Notes: generated by a model not told the origin, from the letters alone. 27,367 nt of DNA from an uncultured Clostridia bacterium (GCA_946402595.1 CAMIWY010000001.1:1-27367), one strand, 5' to 3'; counted from the first letter of the stretch, positions 6,032 to 16,522 are shown. A program made the numbers and translations.

Positions 6032-7102
6032 TTGAGTGACTGTATTATCAGCCTGCAGGGAGTGACCAAGGAATTCGGTACCAAGGGCGGCAAGGTTGTC
6101 GCGCTGAGGGACATAAACCTGGATATCGAGAGAGGCGACTCCTTCGGCATCATAGGACTTTCCGGAGCGGGGAAGTCGACCCTCGTGAGGACCATCAATC
6201 TTCTCGAGCAGCCCACGGAGGGCAAAGTCCTGTTTGACGGAAACGTTCTGACGGGTCTCAGGAGCAGAGATCTCAATCTGCACAGGCGCAAGATATCCAT
6301 GATTTTCCAGCAGTTCAACCTGCTGATGCAGAGGGACGCCATTGGAAATATCTGCTTCCCGATGGAGATAGCAGGGGTTCCGAAGGCGGAGGCAAGAGCC
6401 CGTGCTGAAGAACTTCTCAAGGTAGTTGATCTTGAGGACAGGGCGCACTCGTTCCCGTCGCAGCTGTCAGGAGGACAGAAGCAGAGAGTGGCGATCGCGA
6501 GAGCTCTTGCATCGGATCCTGAAGTCATACTTTGTGACGAGGCAACATCGGCTCTCGACCCTAAGACTACACGTTCTATACTGAAGCTGCTGAGGCAGAT
6601 CAATGAAGAGCGAGGAATCACACTGGTGGTCATCACTCACGAGATGGGAGTCATCAAGCAGCTCTGCAACAAGGTCGCAGTTATAGAAAACGGTGAGATC
6701 GTGGAGCAGGGGGATGTGGACGAAGTGTTCACCAAGCCTAAGACAAGAGCGGCGCGCAAGCTGTTCTTCCCTGACAGCGAGGACAGAGAGACCGCTGAGA
6801 CGAGAACGGCAACGAAGAACAGGCTGAGGCTCGTATTCAATGAGAAGACGGCATACAAACCGATCATCTCGAACATGATCCTCGAGACGGGTGAACCGGT
6901 CAACCTGCTGTATGCAAATCTGGATGCTCTTCTCGATGAGCAGATAGGACAGATGGTCATCTGTCTGTCGGATAATAAGGAAGCGGCAGAGAGACAGAAA
7001 GCGTACCTCATCAAGGAGGGCGTGGACTTTACAGAAATACCGGAGGATTCAGACTACTATGACTATCCTCTGCACGGATTCGGAGAGGAGGTGACAGAGT
7101 AA
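6032..7102 (+). CDS. metN: Methionine ABC transporter ATP-binding protein
   Basis: GLSGAGKST Walker A, LSGGQKQRVAIARALA signature, LCDEATSALDP, ITHEM, C-terminal NIL-type domain. TTG start with GAGGT RBS; the stop overlaps the metI start (TAATG). Confidence 0.95.
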   Translation: MSDCIISLQGVTKEFGTKGGKVVALRDINLDIERGDSFGIIGLSGAGKSTLVRTINLLEQPTEGKVLFDGNVLTGLRSRDLNLHRRKISMIFQQFNLLMQRDAIGNICFPMEIAGVPKAEARARAEELLKVVDLEDRAHSFPSQLSGGQKQRVAIARALASDPEVILCDEATSALDPKTTRSILKLLRQINEERGITLVVITHEMGVIKQLCNKVAVIENGEIVEQGDVDEVFTKPKTRAARKLFFPDSEDRETAETRTATKNRLRLVFNEKTAYKPIISNMILETGEPVNLLYANLDALLDEQIGQMVICLSDNKEAAERQKAYLIKEGVDFTEIPEDSDYYDYPLHGFGEEVTE

Positions 7103-7764
7103 TGGATACAGGCACATTGGTATCATTACTGGGAGAAGGCCTTCTCCAGACACTGTACATGACAGTGCTCGGAACACTGATGTCATATGTGATCGGACTT
7201 CCGATTGGAGTCTCACTCATAGTCACCGGACCTAACGGTATAAGACCGGTAGCCATATATAACAAGGTGATGGGCTTCATCGTCAACGTAATAAGATCCG
7301 TACCTTTCCTCATACTGATGATCGCCCTGATGCCGTACATCAGGAAGGTGATCGGCACCGGCATCGGAACCAGCGCAACGACAGCAGCACTCGTGGTAGC
7401 GGCAGCGCCGTTTGTGGCAAGGCTGGTGGAGCAGTCACTGCTCGAGGTAGATCCGGGAGTCATCGAGGCAGCGCAGGCGATGGGCGCCGGCAACTTCCAG
7501 ATAATACGCAAAGTCCTGCTTCTTGAGGCAAGGCCGTCTCTTCTGAACGGAGCGGCGGTCGCGACTATCAATATCCTCGGCTACTCCGCAATGGCGGGAA
7601 TAGTCGGAGGCGGCGGACTCGGCGACCTGGCCATCAGATACGGACTGTACAGATTCCAGCCGTCGATCATGTGGATCACGATAATCGTCCTCGTCATACT
7701 GGTGCAGATACTGCAGGAAGCAGGCATCAGATTAGCGGCCAGAATGGACAACAGGATAAACTAG
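7102..7764 (+). CDS. metI: Methionine ABC transporter permease
   Basis: LLQTLYMT, VNVIRSVPFLILMIAL, ARLVEQSLLEVDPGVIEAAQAMGA, GYSAMAGIVGGGGLGDLAIRYG motifs. Confidence 0.95.
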   Translation: MDTGTLVSLLGEGLLQTLYMTVLGTLMSYVIGLPIGVSLIVTGPNGIRPVAIYNKVMGFIVNVIRSVPFLILMIALMPYIRKVIGTGIGTSATTAALVVAAAPFVARLVEQSLLEVDPGVIEAAQAMGAGNFQIIRKVLLLEARPSLLNGAAVATINILGYSAMAGIVGGGGLGDLAIRYGLYRFQPSIMWITIIVLVILVQILQEAGIRLAARMDNRIN

Positions 7765-7862
7765 CCAAATAACTCACCAACAAAATGTGAGAAGTGGATA
7801 TATAATCAATTATAATTGTCATTAACAAGGTATTAATGGGTAATGAGAAAGGAGAACCAACA

Positions 7863-8696
7863 ATGAAGAATCTAAGAAAACTGAGCGTATTTGCAGTAGT
7901 CCTTGCACTCGTATTCGCATTCACAGCATGCGGCGGATCCGGCGGCGGAGAATCGGAACCTGATCCTGAGAAGGTCATTAAGGTAGCTGCATCCCCGACA
8001 CCTCATGCAGAGATACTCAATTCTGTAGCAGACAAGCTGGCAGAGGACGGATGGACGCTCGAAGTAGTCGAATTCGATGACTATGTACAGCCTAACGTTG
8101 CTACAACAGACGGAGATGTAGATGCGAACTACTTCCAGCACGTTCCGTATCTTGACCAGTACAATGAGGAAAACGGAACGAACCTCGTTGCTGTAGCTGA
8201 TGTACACTATGAGCCGATGGGCGTATATGCAGGCACCAAGGACAGCTTTGACGCTATCGCTGATGGAGACAAGATCGGAGTTCCTAATGATGTTACCAAC
8301 GAGGCAAGAGCACTTCTCCTGCTCGAGGCCAACGGAGTCATCAAGCTCAAGGACGGTGCAGGCGTAGCTGCAACCAAGGCAGACATCGTTGAGAATCCTA
8401 AGAATGTCGAGATCGTTGAACTTGAAGCAGCAACTATCCCGGCTTCACTTCCGGACCTCGCATTAGGCGTTATCAATGCCAACTATGCTATCGGAGCAGG
8501 ACTCAAGCTTGACGAGTCACTTGCTTATGAGGCAGAGGATTCACTCTCCGCTGATACATATGTAAACGTACTCGTTGTAAACGAGGAGAACAAGGACAGC
8601 GAGAAGACAAAGGCTCTCATCGCAGCACTGCAGACTGATGAAGTAAAGCAGTTCATCACAGATACATTCAACGGCGCGGTACTGCCTAAGTTCTAG
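7863..8696 (+). CDS. metQ: Methionine ABC transporter substrate-binding lipoprotein (MetQ/NlpA)
   Basis: Start ATG 7863 after GAAAGGAG; signal peptide with lipobox FTAC; ASPTPHAEIL, F.DYVQPN, DANYFQH.PYL, PND.TN.ARAL.LL motifs. Confidence 0.95.
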   Translation: MKNLRKLSVFAVVLALVFAFTACGGSGGGESEPDPEKVIKVAASPTPHAEILNSVADKLAEDGWTLEVVEFDDYVQPNVATTDGDVDANYFQHVPYLDQYNEENGTNLVAVADVHYEPMGVYAGTKDSFDAIADGDKIGVPNDVTNEARALLLLEANGVIKLKDGAGVAATKADIVENPKNVEIVELEAATIPASLPDLALGVINANYAIGAGLKLDESLAYEAEDSLSADTYVNVLVVNEENKDSEKTKALIAALQTDEVKQFITDTFNGAVLPKF

Positions 8697-8754
8697 AAAT
8701 AATCACACAGACTTTTCCCGGACGGACAGATATCCGTCAGAGACAATAAGATCA

Positions 8755-8784
8755 GACAAAAGGGGATTTCGGTCCCCTTTTGTC
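8755..8784 (+). terminator. Intrinsic terminator after metQ
   Basis: GACAAAAGGGGA/TCCCCTTTTGTC 12-bp stem plus a T-G pair, TTCG loop. Confidence 0.85.
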
Positions 8785-8892
8785 ATGTGTTTGGACTATA
8801 ATAAATGAGGAGCAGAACGGTGCATACATTCGTTGCCTGACGGTACACATATGCAGCGCCTGCTGACTGAAAGAGAGAGGCGGAATAAAACG

Positions 8893-9942
8893 GTGAAATA
8901 CCTATATATACTTCTGGTTTTCATACCAATTACCATAGCGGGAAAGATAATGGGCTTTTCAGACACTGCCCTGTTCCTCTGCAGTGCACTTGCGATAGTG
9001 CCGCTGGCAGGAGTCATGGGCAAAGCCACTGACGATATCGCGGGCTTTGCCGGACAGAGGATAGGCGGTCTGCTGAATGCGACATTCGGAAATGCAACGG
9101 AGCTCATCATAGCGTTCGTAGCGATGAAGGAAGGGCTGTTCGATGTAGTCAAGGCTTCACTTGCAGGATCGGTCATCGGGAACATCCTGCTGGTGCTGGG
9201 CATGTCTATGCTGGCAGGCGGACTGAAATACAAGACGCAGACATTCAACCGGAATTCCATAAATATAACATCGAGCATGCTGCTCCTGTCGGTGCTCGGG
9301 CTCTCGATACCGGCTATATTCACGCATGCTCTTCCTGAGGAGAGCCTTAATTCGCAGTATGAAGGACTCAGCGTGATCATTGCGGTTCTGATGCTGCTGG
9401 TCTATGTGATGCAGTTCGTATTCACCTTCGTGACTCACAGGGCACTGTATGAGGAGTCTGTAACTGCGGACGATGAAGAGGAACACAATGCGAGCCTGCC
9501 GAAGGCCATTGGCCTCCTGGTCGCATCAACTGTCTGCATCGCCGTGATCTCGGAGATATTCGTCGGGACGGTCGAGCCTATGGCGGACAGCGCAGGTCTA
9601 AGCAGGACATTCGTCGGAATCATCCTGGTACCGATCATAGGAAATGCGGCTGAACATTCATCAGCCATCATAATGGCGTACAAGAACAAGATGAACGCTG
9701 CGATAGAGATCGCTCTCGGATCCAGCCTTCAGATAATACTGTTCGTAGTACCTGTGCTGACACTTCTCAGCCTGTTCTTCACGCCGATGAGCATCGTGTT
9801 CACACCGTTCGAGCTCGTCTCGGTGACAGGTGCGGTACTCATCGCGAACCGCGTTGCTTCAGACGGTGAGTCGAACTGGCTCGAAGGACTGCAGCTTGTG
9901 ACGGTATACATCATGATTGGCGCAGCTTTCTTCTTCGTGTGA
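8893..9942 (+). CDS. Calcium/proton exchanger (CaCA family, ChaA/Cax type)
   Basis: Alpha-repeat motifs LNATFGNATELII, GSVIGNILLVLG and IIGNAAEH. GTG 8893 start preferred (RBS GAGAGG/GGCGG) over the track's 8833. Confidence 0.92.
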   Translation: MKYLYILLVFIPITIAGKIMGFSDTALFLCSALAIVPLAGVMGKATDDIAGFAGQRIGGLLNATFGNATELIIAFVAMKEGLFDVVKASLAGSVIGNILLVLGMSMLAGGLKYKTQTFNRNSINITSSMLLLSVLGLSIPAIFTHALPEESLNSQYEGLSVIIAVLMLLVYVMQFVFTFVTHRALYEESVTADDEEEHNASLPKAIGLLVASTVCIAVISEIFVGTVEPMADSAGLSRTFVGIILVPIIGNAAEHSSAIIMAYKNKMNAAIEIALGSSLQIILFVVPVLTLLSLFFTPMSIVFTPFELVSVTGAVLIANRVASDGESNWLEGLQLVTVYIMIGAAFFFV

Positions 9943-10003
9943 CAGGAAGGATCCCGGCAGCACTGTGTGCGGCTGCCGGCCGGTATAACTAATAATGGAA
10001 TCT

Positions 10004-10031
10004 AGGGCGCGGCCGTGGAGCTGCGCTTTTT
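10004..10031 (+). terminator. Intrinsic terminator after the Ca2+/H+ exchanger
   Basis: GCGCGGC/GCTGCGC stem, CGTGGA loop, TTTTT tail; a second GC-rich hairpin (9954-9979) precedes it. Confidence 0.65.
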
Positions 10032-10135
10032 AGTGTCTTCATTTTGCACCACGATTATTATATAATCTACTATGTATGATTATGTTACCAATTAGCCGCT
10101 CCGGGCGGCGGATATGATTATAAAAGGAACAGATT

Positions 10136-13100
10136 ATGGACAAGAATTTCATCAAGGTAGACAAATGGGGAGAGTGTCTGTGGGGCATTGACGAGACCGG
10201 CAGACTCTTCATCAACGGAGGGCAGGCCGAGAGCGTGGATGACAGCGGTATTCCATGGGAAAACTACCGCACACTCATCGCAGAAGCCGCGGTCATCGGT
10301 GAAGTGACGTTCCCTGAAGGGGCATCGCTTGCCGGACTCTTTAAGGGCTGCAAGGGACTCGAGGCAGCAGACCTCAGCGGTTTCAATACAGCAGGCGTAA
10401 CTGACATGCGCTCGATGTTCGAAGGCTGCACCAGACTGAGAGAGCTGGATATATCCTCCTTCGACACGACCGGATGCTCAGACATGAACAGAATGTTCGC
10501 AAAGTGCGCAAGACTTACGGACATCCTGCTCGGACCTGAATTCAGCCTGAACGGAGACGGAACGACTTCATGCGACAGACTCGCAGTCAAGGAAGCCGGC
10601 AAGTACAGAAGGGCAAGAGTCATCTCCGCAGAGGGCTGCCTGGTCATCTATCATGAGAATGCAGGCAGGGATATCTCAACTGAGAGGAAGACAGTCCCTG
10701 ATTTCAGATACCTGATCGAGGATCCGATGTATGCGTCGCCTGGTGAAAAGTTCATCTTCATCGGATGGAACACCGAGGCTGACGGTTCGGGCACCATGCT
10801 CCAGCCAGGCCAGGAGATCAATAATGTCGATGAGGATCTCAACCTGTATGCCGTATGGGCGAGCGCACCTGAGATCGGAGAGGTGCGTCCTGTTGATGAG
10901 TTCACCTTCGGACAGCCGATACCTTTCGAACTGCCTGAGATCGTTTCTGCCGGAGACCCTAATGTAACCGGCTACCTTGAGGTCAGCCCGAACGGAGAAG
11001 AGGGCACATGGCAGGCGATAGACCACAACACGATCCTGCCTGTAAAATGCAACGGCTGGCTTGTAAGACTCTGCGCTTCCAACAGTGTAGGCAAAACGGT
11101 TTCGAACGCCGTTGAGCTGAGGATCAAGAAGGCCGCCAAGGATATGTCAGGCGTACGCTGGGCTGAAGACAGCAACATGACATATGACGGCACACCTAAG
11201 CACGTATGGATCGAAGGCCTCCCGGTCGGAGTGCATGCTGAGTACGAAGGCAACACCGCGACTGAGGCGGGCACCTATGTTGCGACCGTAAACCTTGATT
11301 TTGACGAAGACAATTTCAGCGAACCTTCGATCATGAAGGAATATGAGTGGTCTGTCAGAAAGGCTTCATATGACATGTCGCAGGTACACTGGGACTATGA
11401 GGATGCCTTTACCTATGACGGCACCGAAAGAAGCGTTGAGCTCACAGGACTCCCTGAGGGCGTTACAGCGACATATGAAAACAACATAGCTGCAAGAGCC
11501 GGAATCTATACCGCAACGGCAACTCTCCATTACGATGAGACCAACTACGAAAAGCCTGCGGACATAGTTCCGTGCGTATGGGAGATAGAGAGAGCGGTGA
11601 TCGATCCGCTGACACTGGAGTGGTCTGACTATGGCAAGTTCGTATATGACGGACAGCCAAAGTCCGTACGCATCCTCAACCTTCCGGATGATGCGGAGAT
11701 CGACTATGACGGAGCCGAGGAGACACCGGCCGGCAAATACCTTGCGAGAGGAACATTCACCGGAAACTACAGAGCTTCCGGTCCTGTGGAGTATGAGTGG
11801 GAAATCACCAAGGCTTCATATGACATGGGAGCCGTAAGATGGGGCTATGACAAGCCTTTCGATTTTGACCGCGAGACACACGAAGTCACCCTGGAAGGAG
11901 TTCCGGAAGAGCTCGGAGTAAAATACCGCAATCAGGTCGGCATCGCTGCCGGTGACTACAAGGCAGTTGCGATGTTCATCAACCCGGATACTCACAACTA
12001 CTTCACTCCGGAAGACATGACTCTTAACTGGAATATCAAAAAGAGAGTCATAGATATGTCCGGCGTAAAGTGGAACTATCAGGGACCTTTCACATACGAC
12101 GGTGAGACCAAGAGCGTCGAGCTGACCGGAGTGCCTGAAGGCATTCACGTTGACTATGAGAATGCAAGCGGATTCAACGCCGGAGTATATAACGCACACG
12201 CTGTCCTTGAGTATGATTCGGACAACATGTACGCTCTGCAGCCTGCTGACTGCCAGTGGAAGATCAACAAAGACAGATTCGACATCTCCGGAGTGCACTG
12301 GGATTACAGCGAAGCTTTCACATATGACGGAAGAGAGCACGGAGTATATCTCGAGGGACTCCCTGAAGGCATCAATGTTGAGTATTCAGACAATATCAAG
12401 ATAGACGCAGGCAAGTATGTAGCTACGGCATCGCTCAGCCCGAGCGATCCTATGAACTATGAGACACCTGAGGTCAACGGCTGCACATGGGCCATCAATA
12501 AGGCACAGATAGAGAAGCCGGGTCTTGAGTGGACAGACTGCAGCGGTTTTGTCTTCGATGGAACCGACAAGATCGTAGAGATCACGAGTGACATCGGAGA
12601 TGATGTTACTGTTGAGTACGCATTCAATAAGTACCACAATGCCGGCAGATACTATGCCAAGGCACTGTTCACGGCTGTCGATGACAGCAACTACCTGCCG
12701 CCGAAGCCGATGGGATATTCGTGGAGCATCAGCAAGGCAGACCCTGACATCACAGGCGCAGTGTGGGATTACACATCGCCGTTTACATACGATGGCAGCA
12801 GGAAGAGCGTAAGACTTTCAGGCGTGCCGGAAGGTGTAAGGGTAAGCTATACCAATGCCAGCGCTACGGATGCGGGTGATTACACAGCTATCGCCAGATT
12901 CACAGTAAGCGACACTGCCAACTACAATACGAGCATTCCTGACATGACACTCGACTGGAGCATCGAGAAGGCCGAGTACGATCTCAGAAATGCAAAATGG
13001 CAGGAGGAGAGAAAGTTCACATACGACGGCTATGAGAAGGAGGTCGTTATCAACGGACTTCCGGACGGCCTTGAACCTGTATACAGCGGAAACACTGCAG

Positions 13101-16100
13101 CAAATGCAGGCGTTTACATGGCTGAGGCAGCGTTCGCATTTGATGAGAAGAATTATGAGAGACCTGAGTTCCGCGAATGCACCTGGGAGATAGACAAGGC
13201 ACCGGTAGATATATCCGGGATCAGCTGGTCTTATGAGAAGCCGTTCACATATGACGGATCCGAGAAGACTGTCTATGCTGTCGACATTCCTGAAGGCTGC
13301 TACGCTGTATACGGAAACACAAGAGCATCACAGGCCGGAACATATGTCGGAACTGCAGAGATAAGACCTGAAGATACTGCCAACTACACTCCGGTCAAGC
13401 TCGGCAATGTCACCTGGAGAATAGAGAAGGGTGACTACGATATGAGCCACGCATACTGGGATTACGACAGGCCGTTTACATATGACGGAACTGAACATAA
13501 GGTCGTGATCAAGGGCCTGCCTGAGGGTGTAACACCTACATACAGAAACAACGAGGCAGCTGATGCCGGCACATATGAGGCATCAGTAACGTTCAGAGGC
13601 GCAGATGAAAGGAACTATAAAGTACCTTCCTTTGCAAACTGTGAGTGGACTGTAAAGAAGGCAGATTTTGACATGTCATCCGTCCAGTGGAACTACAGCG
13701 GAGAGTTCAGCTACACCGGGAGGATGCATGAGGTCGAGCTGAGAGGCCTGCCTGAAGGCGTACGTCCGGTATATTCGGGCAATGCAGCAGCAGCGACAGG
13801 CTTCTACGAAGCAACAGCTGACCTGATCCCGTTTGACCAGAGCAACTACAACAAGCCGTACGTAGACAGCTGCAAGTGGCGCATCGTCAAGGCTGACTAC
13901 GAGATGGGTGCCGTAAAGTGGGACTACACAGATGCCAAGGTATATAACGGAAGAGTCCAGAGTGTAATGCTCGAGCAGCTTCCTAACGGAGTCAGCGCTG
14001 ACTACAGGAACAACGAGGCGACCGGTGCTGGCAAGTATACCGCAAGGGCCATCCTCAAGGTATCCGATGAGGCCAACTACAATACACCGACCGTAGCAGA
14101 CTGCGACTGGGAGATCATCAGGGCAGACTACGACATGAGCGGAGCTGAGTGGGATTACCAGCCTGATTCATTCACATACGACGGAGAGAGAAAGAGCATA
14201 GAACTCTTCAATCTCCCGGAGAATGTCACGGCGGCATACGAGGGCAACAGCGGATTCCTCGCAGGAGACTATGTTGCCACGGCTTCCTTCAGAACATCAG
14301 ACAGCAACTTCAATGCTCCTGAGACAGTCACCTTCCCTTGGCACATCGGCAAGGCGGAGTATGACATGTCCGGCGTGAAGTGGGACTACACCGGAGAGTT
14401 CGTCTACGACGGAACTCCTAAGAGGGTCGATCTCACAGGCGTTCCTGAAGGACTCAGTGTGGAGTACGAAGACAACTCGGCAACCGATGCAGGAACCTAC
14501 ATCGCTGTTGCCAGATTCAGGACCAACACGGGCAACTACAGCACTCCTGATCCTATGAGCTGCACATGGACCATAAACAAGGCTGATCCGGATATCCGCA
14601 GACTCAGATGGGACTATTCACAGCCGTTCACCTATGACGGAAGCGAGATGAAGGTAGAGCTCGCAGGCATTCCTGAGACAATCACGGCTGAATACTACGG
14701 CAACACAGGAACTGAAGTAGGACACTATTCAGCACATGCGACTCTCAGGTCGGTCAATCCTGAGAACTATAACGATCCGGCCATCGCTGACTGCGACTGG
14801 GAGATCGTTAAGGCAGAGTATGACATGTCCGATGCAAGATGGACCGGCGATATGAGATATGTCTATGACGGTACAGAGAAGTCTATCTCTCTCACAGGAC
14901 TGCCTGATGGTGTCCTGCCGATATACGACGGCAATACTGCAACAGAGGCAGGTGAATATACCGCTTCGGCAGACCTCATATACGATGAGCACAACTACAT
15001 CCAGCCGCATATCGGAACTATGGACTGGAGGATCGACAAGGCCGTATACGACATGTCCGGAGTTTCATGGGATTACGAGGACAGCTTTACATATAACGGC
15101 GAGGAGAGATCGATCGCCCTCAAGGGACTGCCGGCAGGCGTAACAGCAGCCTACACGGGCAACACAGGTATCAATGCCGGTGAGTATGAAGCTTCTGCAG
15201 AGCTCAGCTATGATGAGAGGAACTACTTCAGACCTGAATTCGGACCTGTAAGATGGCGCATAGGAATGGCGGATGCACCTGTGGACATAAGCGGCATCAG
15301 CTGGAACTATGAAGGACCGTTCGTATATGACGGAACACCTAAGGGCGTAGCGCTCACGGAGAGAGCTAAGGAACAGGGATTCCTTGAGAGACTGCGCGGA
15401 GTCGCACCTGAGATGGAGCTTGTAGGCGTACCTGAGGGATTCGAGGTAGTATACGAGGACAATACTGCGACGGATGCAGGCGTATACTACGCCAAGGCAA
15501 AACTCGTAAATCCCGCTGACACCAACTACAGAGAGGTCGTCCTGCCTGAGTGCAGATGGGAGATCTCCAAGGCGGGCATAGACATGTCAGGCGTTCACTG
15601 GGATTATGAGAGCCCGTTCGTATATGACGGTGAGGAGAAGAGCGTTCAGCTCGCAGGACTCCCTGAAAATGTCACAGTAATCTATAAGGGAAGTACTGCG
15701 ACAGGCGCCGGCGAATATGAGGCCATGGCTGAGATCGAAGCGGCTGATCCTGTAAACTTCGAGACACCTGAACCTGTCAGAGGATGCTGGTGGCAGATCC
15801 TCAAGGCGAAGTATGACATGTCAGGAGTAGAATGGGCGTACAGCGATGACATCATCTACAACGGTGAGGAGAAGACCGTGAAGCTCACAGGTCTGCCGGA
15901 CGGCGTCACTGTACAGGGATACAGAGGCAACACCGCGATCGATGCCGGTACATACATGGCTGAAGCGATCCTCGACTACAGCAACAAGGACAACTACGAG
16001 GAGCCTACTGTAGCAAGCCTGAAGTGGAGGATCCAGAAGAAGAAGATCAACACATCCGCTGTAAGATGGGATTATGACCCGAGCACGCTGTTCGTATATG

Positions 16101-16522
16101 ATGAGCAGCCTAAGAAGGTAAGCCTTATCGGGCTGCCTAATGATGCTGAAGTCGTATACATCGACAATGTCAAGATCAATGCCGGCACATACACCGCAAG
16201 AGCCAGACTTACATACGATACAAGAAACTGCGAGGCTGACGAGATCGCTGATCTCAAGTGGAAGATCGAGAAGGCGAACTATGATACCGAGCATGTTCAC
16301 TGGAGCTATGACAAGCCTTTCGTCTACGATGCATATGAGAAGAGCATCGTACTGAGAAATGTTCCTAAGTCGATCGATGTCAGATACAGGGACAACAAGG
16401 CTATTGCCGTCGGAACATACACGGCCAAGGCTTACCTGACATACGACAGTGAGAACTACAATGCACCTGAGATCGATACGACCATCGACTGGGCTATCGT
16501 TTCGGGCAGAAATGAAGAGTAA
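10136..16522 (+). CDS. 2128-aa multidomain protein: BspA/DUF285-like LRR N-terminus, InlB B-repeat-like domain, then 23 tandem ~77-aa MBG-like repeats
   Basis: N-terminal 'FNT..VTDM.SMF.GC..L..LD.S.FDT' repeats; 'Y..N...F.GWNT.ADGSG....PG......LYAVW' near 10640-10860. In-frame TAA at 10121 fixes the start; RBS AAAGGA. Confidence 0.85.
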   Translation: MDKNFIKVDKWGECLWGIDETGRLFINGGQAESVDDSGIPWENYRTLIAEAAVIGEVTFPEGASLAGLFKGCKGLEAADLSGFNTAGVTDMRSMFEGCTRLRELDISSFDTTGCSDMNRMFAKCARLTDILLGPEFSLNGDGTTSCDRLAVKEAGKYRRARVISAEGCLVIYHENAGRDISTERKTVPDFRYLIEDPMYASPGEKFIFIGWNTEADGSGTMLQPGQEINNVDEDLNLYAVWASAPEIGEVRPVDEFTFGQPIPFELPEIVSAGDPNVTGYLEVSPNGEEGTWQAIDHNTILPVKCNGWLVRLCASNSVGKTVSNAVELRIKKAAKDMSGVRWAEDSNMTYDGTPKHVWIEGLPVGVHAEYEGNTATEAGTYVATVNLDFDEDNFSEPSIMKEYEWSVRKASYDMSQVHWDYEDAFTYDGTERSVELTGLPEGVTATYENNIAARAGIYTATATLHYDETNYEKPADIVPCVWEIERAVIDPLTLEWSDYGKFVYDGQPKSVRILNLPDDAEIDYDGAEETPAGKYLARGTFTGNYRASGPVEYEWEITKASYDMGAVRWGYDKPFDFDRETHEVTLEGVPEELGVKYRNQVGIAAGDYKAVAMFINPDTHNYFTPEDMTLNWNIKKRVIDMSGVKWNYQGPFTYDGETKSVELTGVPEGIHVDYENASGFNAGVYNAHAVLEYDSDNMYALQPADCQWKINKDRFDISGVHWDYSEAFTYDGREHGVYLEGLPEGINVEYSDNIKIDAGKYVATASLSPSDPMNYETPEVNGCTWAINKAQIEKPGLEWTDCSGFVFDGTDKIVEITSDIGDDVTVEYAFNKYHNAGRYYAKALFTAVDDSNYLPPKPMGYSWSISKADPDITGAVWDYTSPFTYDGSRKSVRLSGVPEGVRVSYTNASATDAGDYTAIARFTVSDTANYNTSIPDMTLDWSIEKAEYDLRNAKWQEERKFTYDGYEKEVVINGLPDGLEPVYSGNTAANAGVYMAEAAFAFDEKNYERPEFRECTWEIDKAPVDISGISWSYEKPFTYDGSEKTVYAVDIPEGCYAVYGNTRASQAGTYVGTAEIRPEDTANYTPVKLGNVTWRIEKGDYDMSHAYWDYDRPFTYDGTEHKVVIKGLPEGVTPTYRNNEAADAGTYEASVTFRGADERNYKVPSFANCEWTVKKADFDMSSVQWNYSGEFSYTGRMHEVELRGLPEGVRPVYSGNAAAATGFYEATADLIPFDQSNYNKPYVDSCKWRIVKADYEMGAVKWDYTDAKVYNGRVQSVMLEQLPNGVSADYRNNEATGAGKYTARAILKVSDEANYNTPTVADCDWEIIRADYDMSGAEWDYQPDSFTYDGERKSIELFNLPENVTAAYEGNSGFLAGDYVATASFRTSDSNFNAPETVTFPWHIGKAEYDMSGVKWDYTGEFVYDGTPKRVDLTGVPEGLSVEYEDNSATDAGTYIAVARFRTNTGNYSTPDPMSCTWTINKADPDIRRLRWDYSQPFTYDGSEMKVELAGIPETITAEYYGNTGTEVGHYSAHATLRSVNPENYNDPAIADCDWEIVKAEYDMSDARWTGDMRYVYDGTEKSISLTGLPDGVLPIYDGNTATEAGEYTASADLIYDEHNYIQPHIGTMDWRIDKAVYDMSGVSWDYEDSFTYNGEERSIALKGLPAGVTAAYTGNTGINAGEYEASAELSYDERNYFRPEFGPVRWRIGMADAPVDISGISWNYEGPFVYDGTPKGVALTERAKEQGFLERLRGVAPEMELVGVPEGFEVVYEDNTATDAGVYYAKAKLVNPADTNYREVVLPECRWEISKAGIDMSGVHWDYESPFVYDGEEKSVQLAGLPENVTVIYKGSTATGAGEYEAMAEIEAADPVNFETPEPVRGCWWQILKAKYDMSGVEWAYSDDIIYNGEEKTVKLTGLPDGVTVQGYRGNTAIDAGTYMAEAILDYSNKDNYEEPTVASLKWRIQKKKINTSAVRWDYDPSTLFVYDEQPKKVSLIGLPNDAEVVYIDNVKINAGTYTARARLTYDTRNCEADEIADLKWKIEKANYDTEHVHWSYDKPFVYDAYEKSIVLRNVPKSIDVRYRDNKAIAVGTYTAKAYLTYDSENYNAPEIDTTIDWAIVSGRNEE
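11132..16504 (+). repeat. 23 degenerate protein-level repeats (consensus A.YDMSGV.W.Y..PF.YDG..K.V.L.GLP.GV...Y.GN.A..AG.Y.A.A.......NY..P....C.W.I.K)
   Basis: Counted by the W..../(Y/F).YDG and terminal W.I.K anchors in the translation; repeats are strongly diverged at DNA level. Confidence 0.9.

Noticed and set aside
5798-6448. Minus-strand ORF across the met leader with a CTCTCP segment
   Set aside because: The Cys pattern is just the reverse complement of the ATG/TGC-rich leader, and most of the ORF is antisense to metN.
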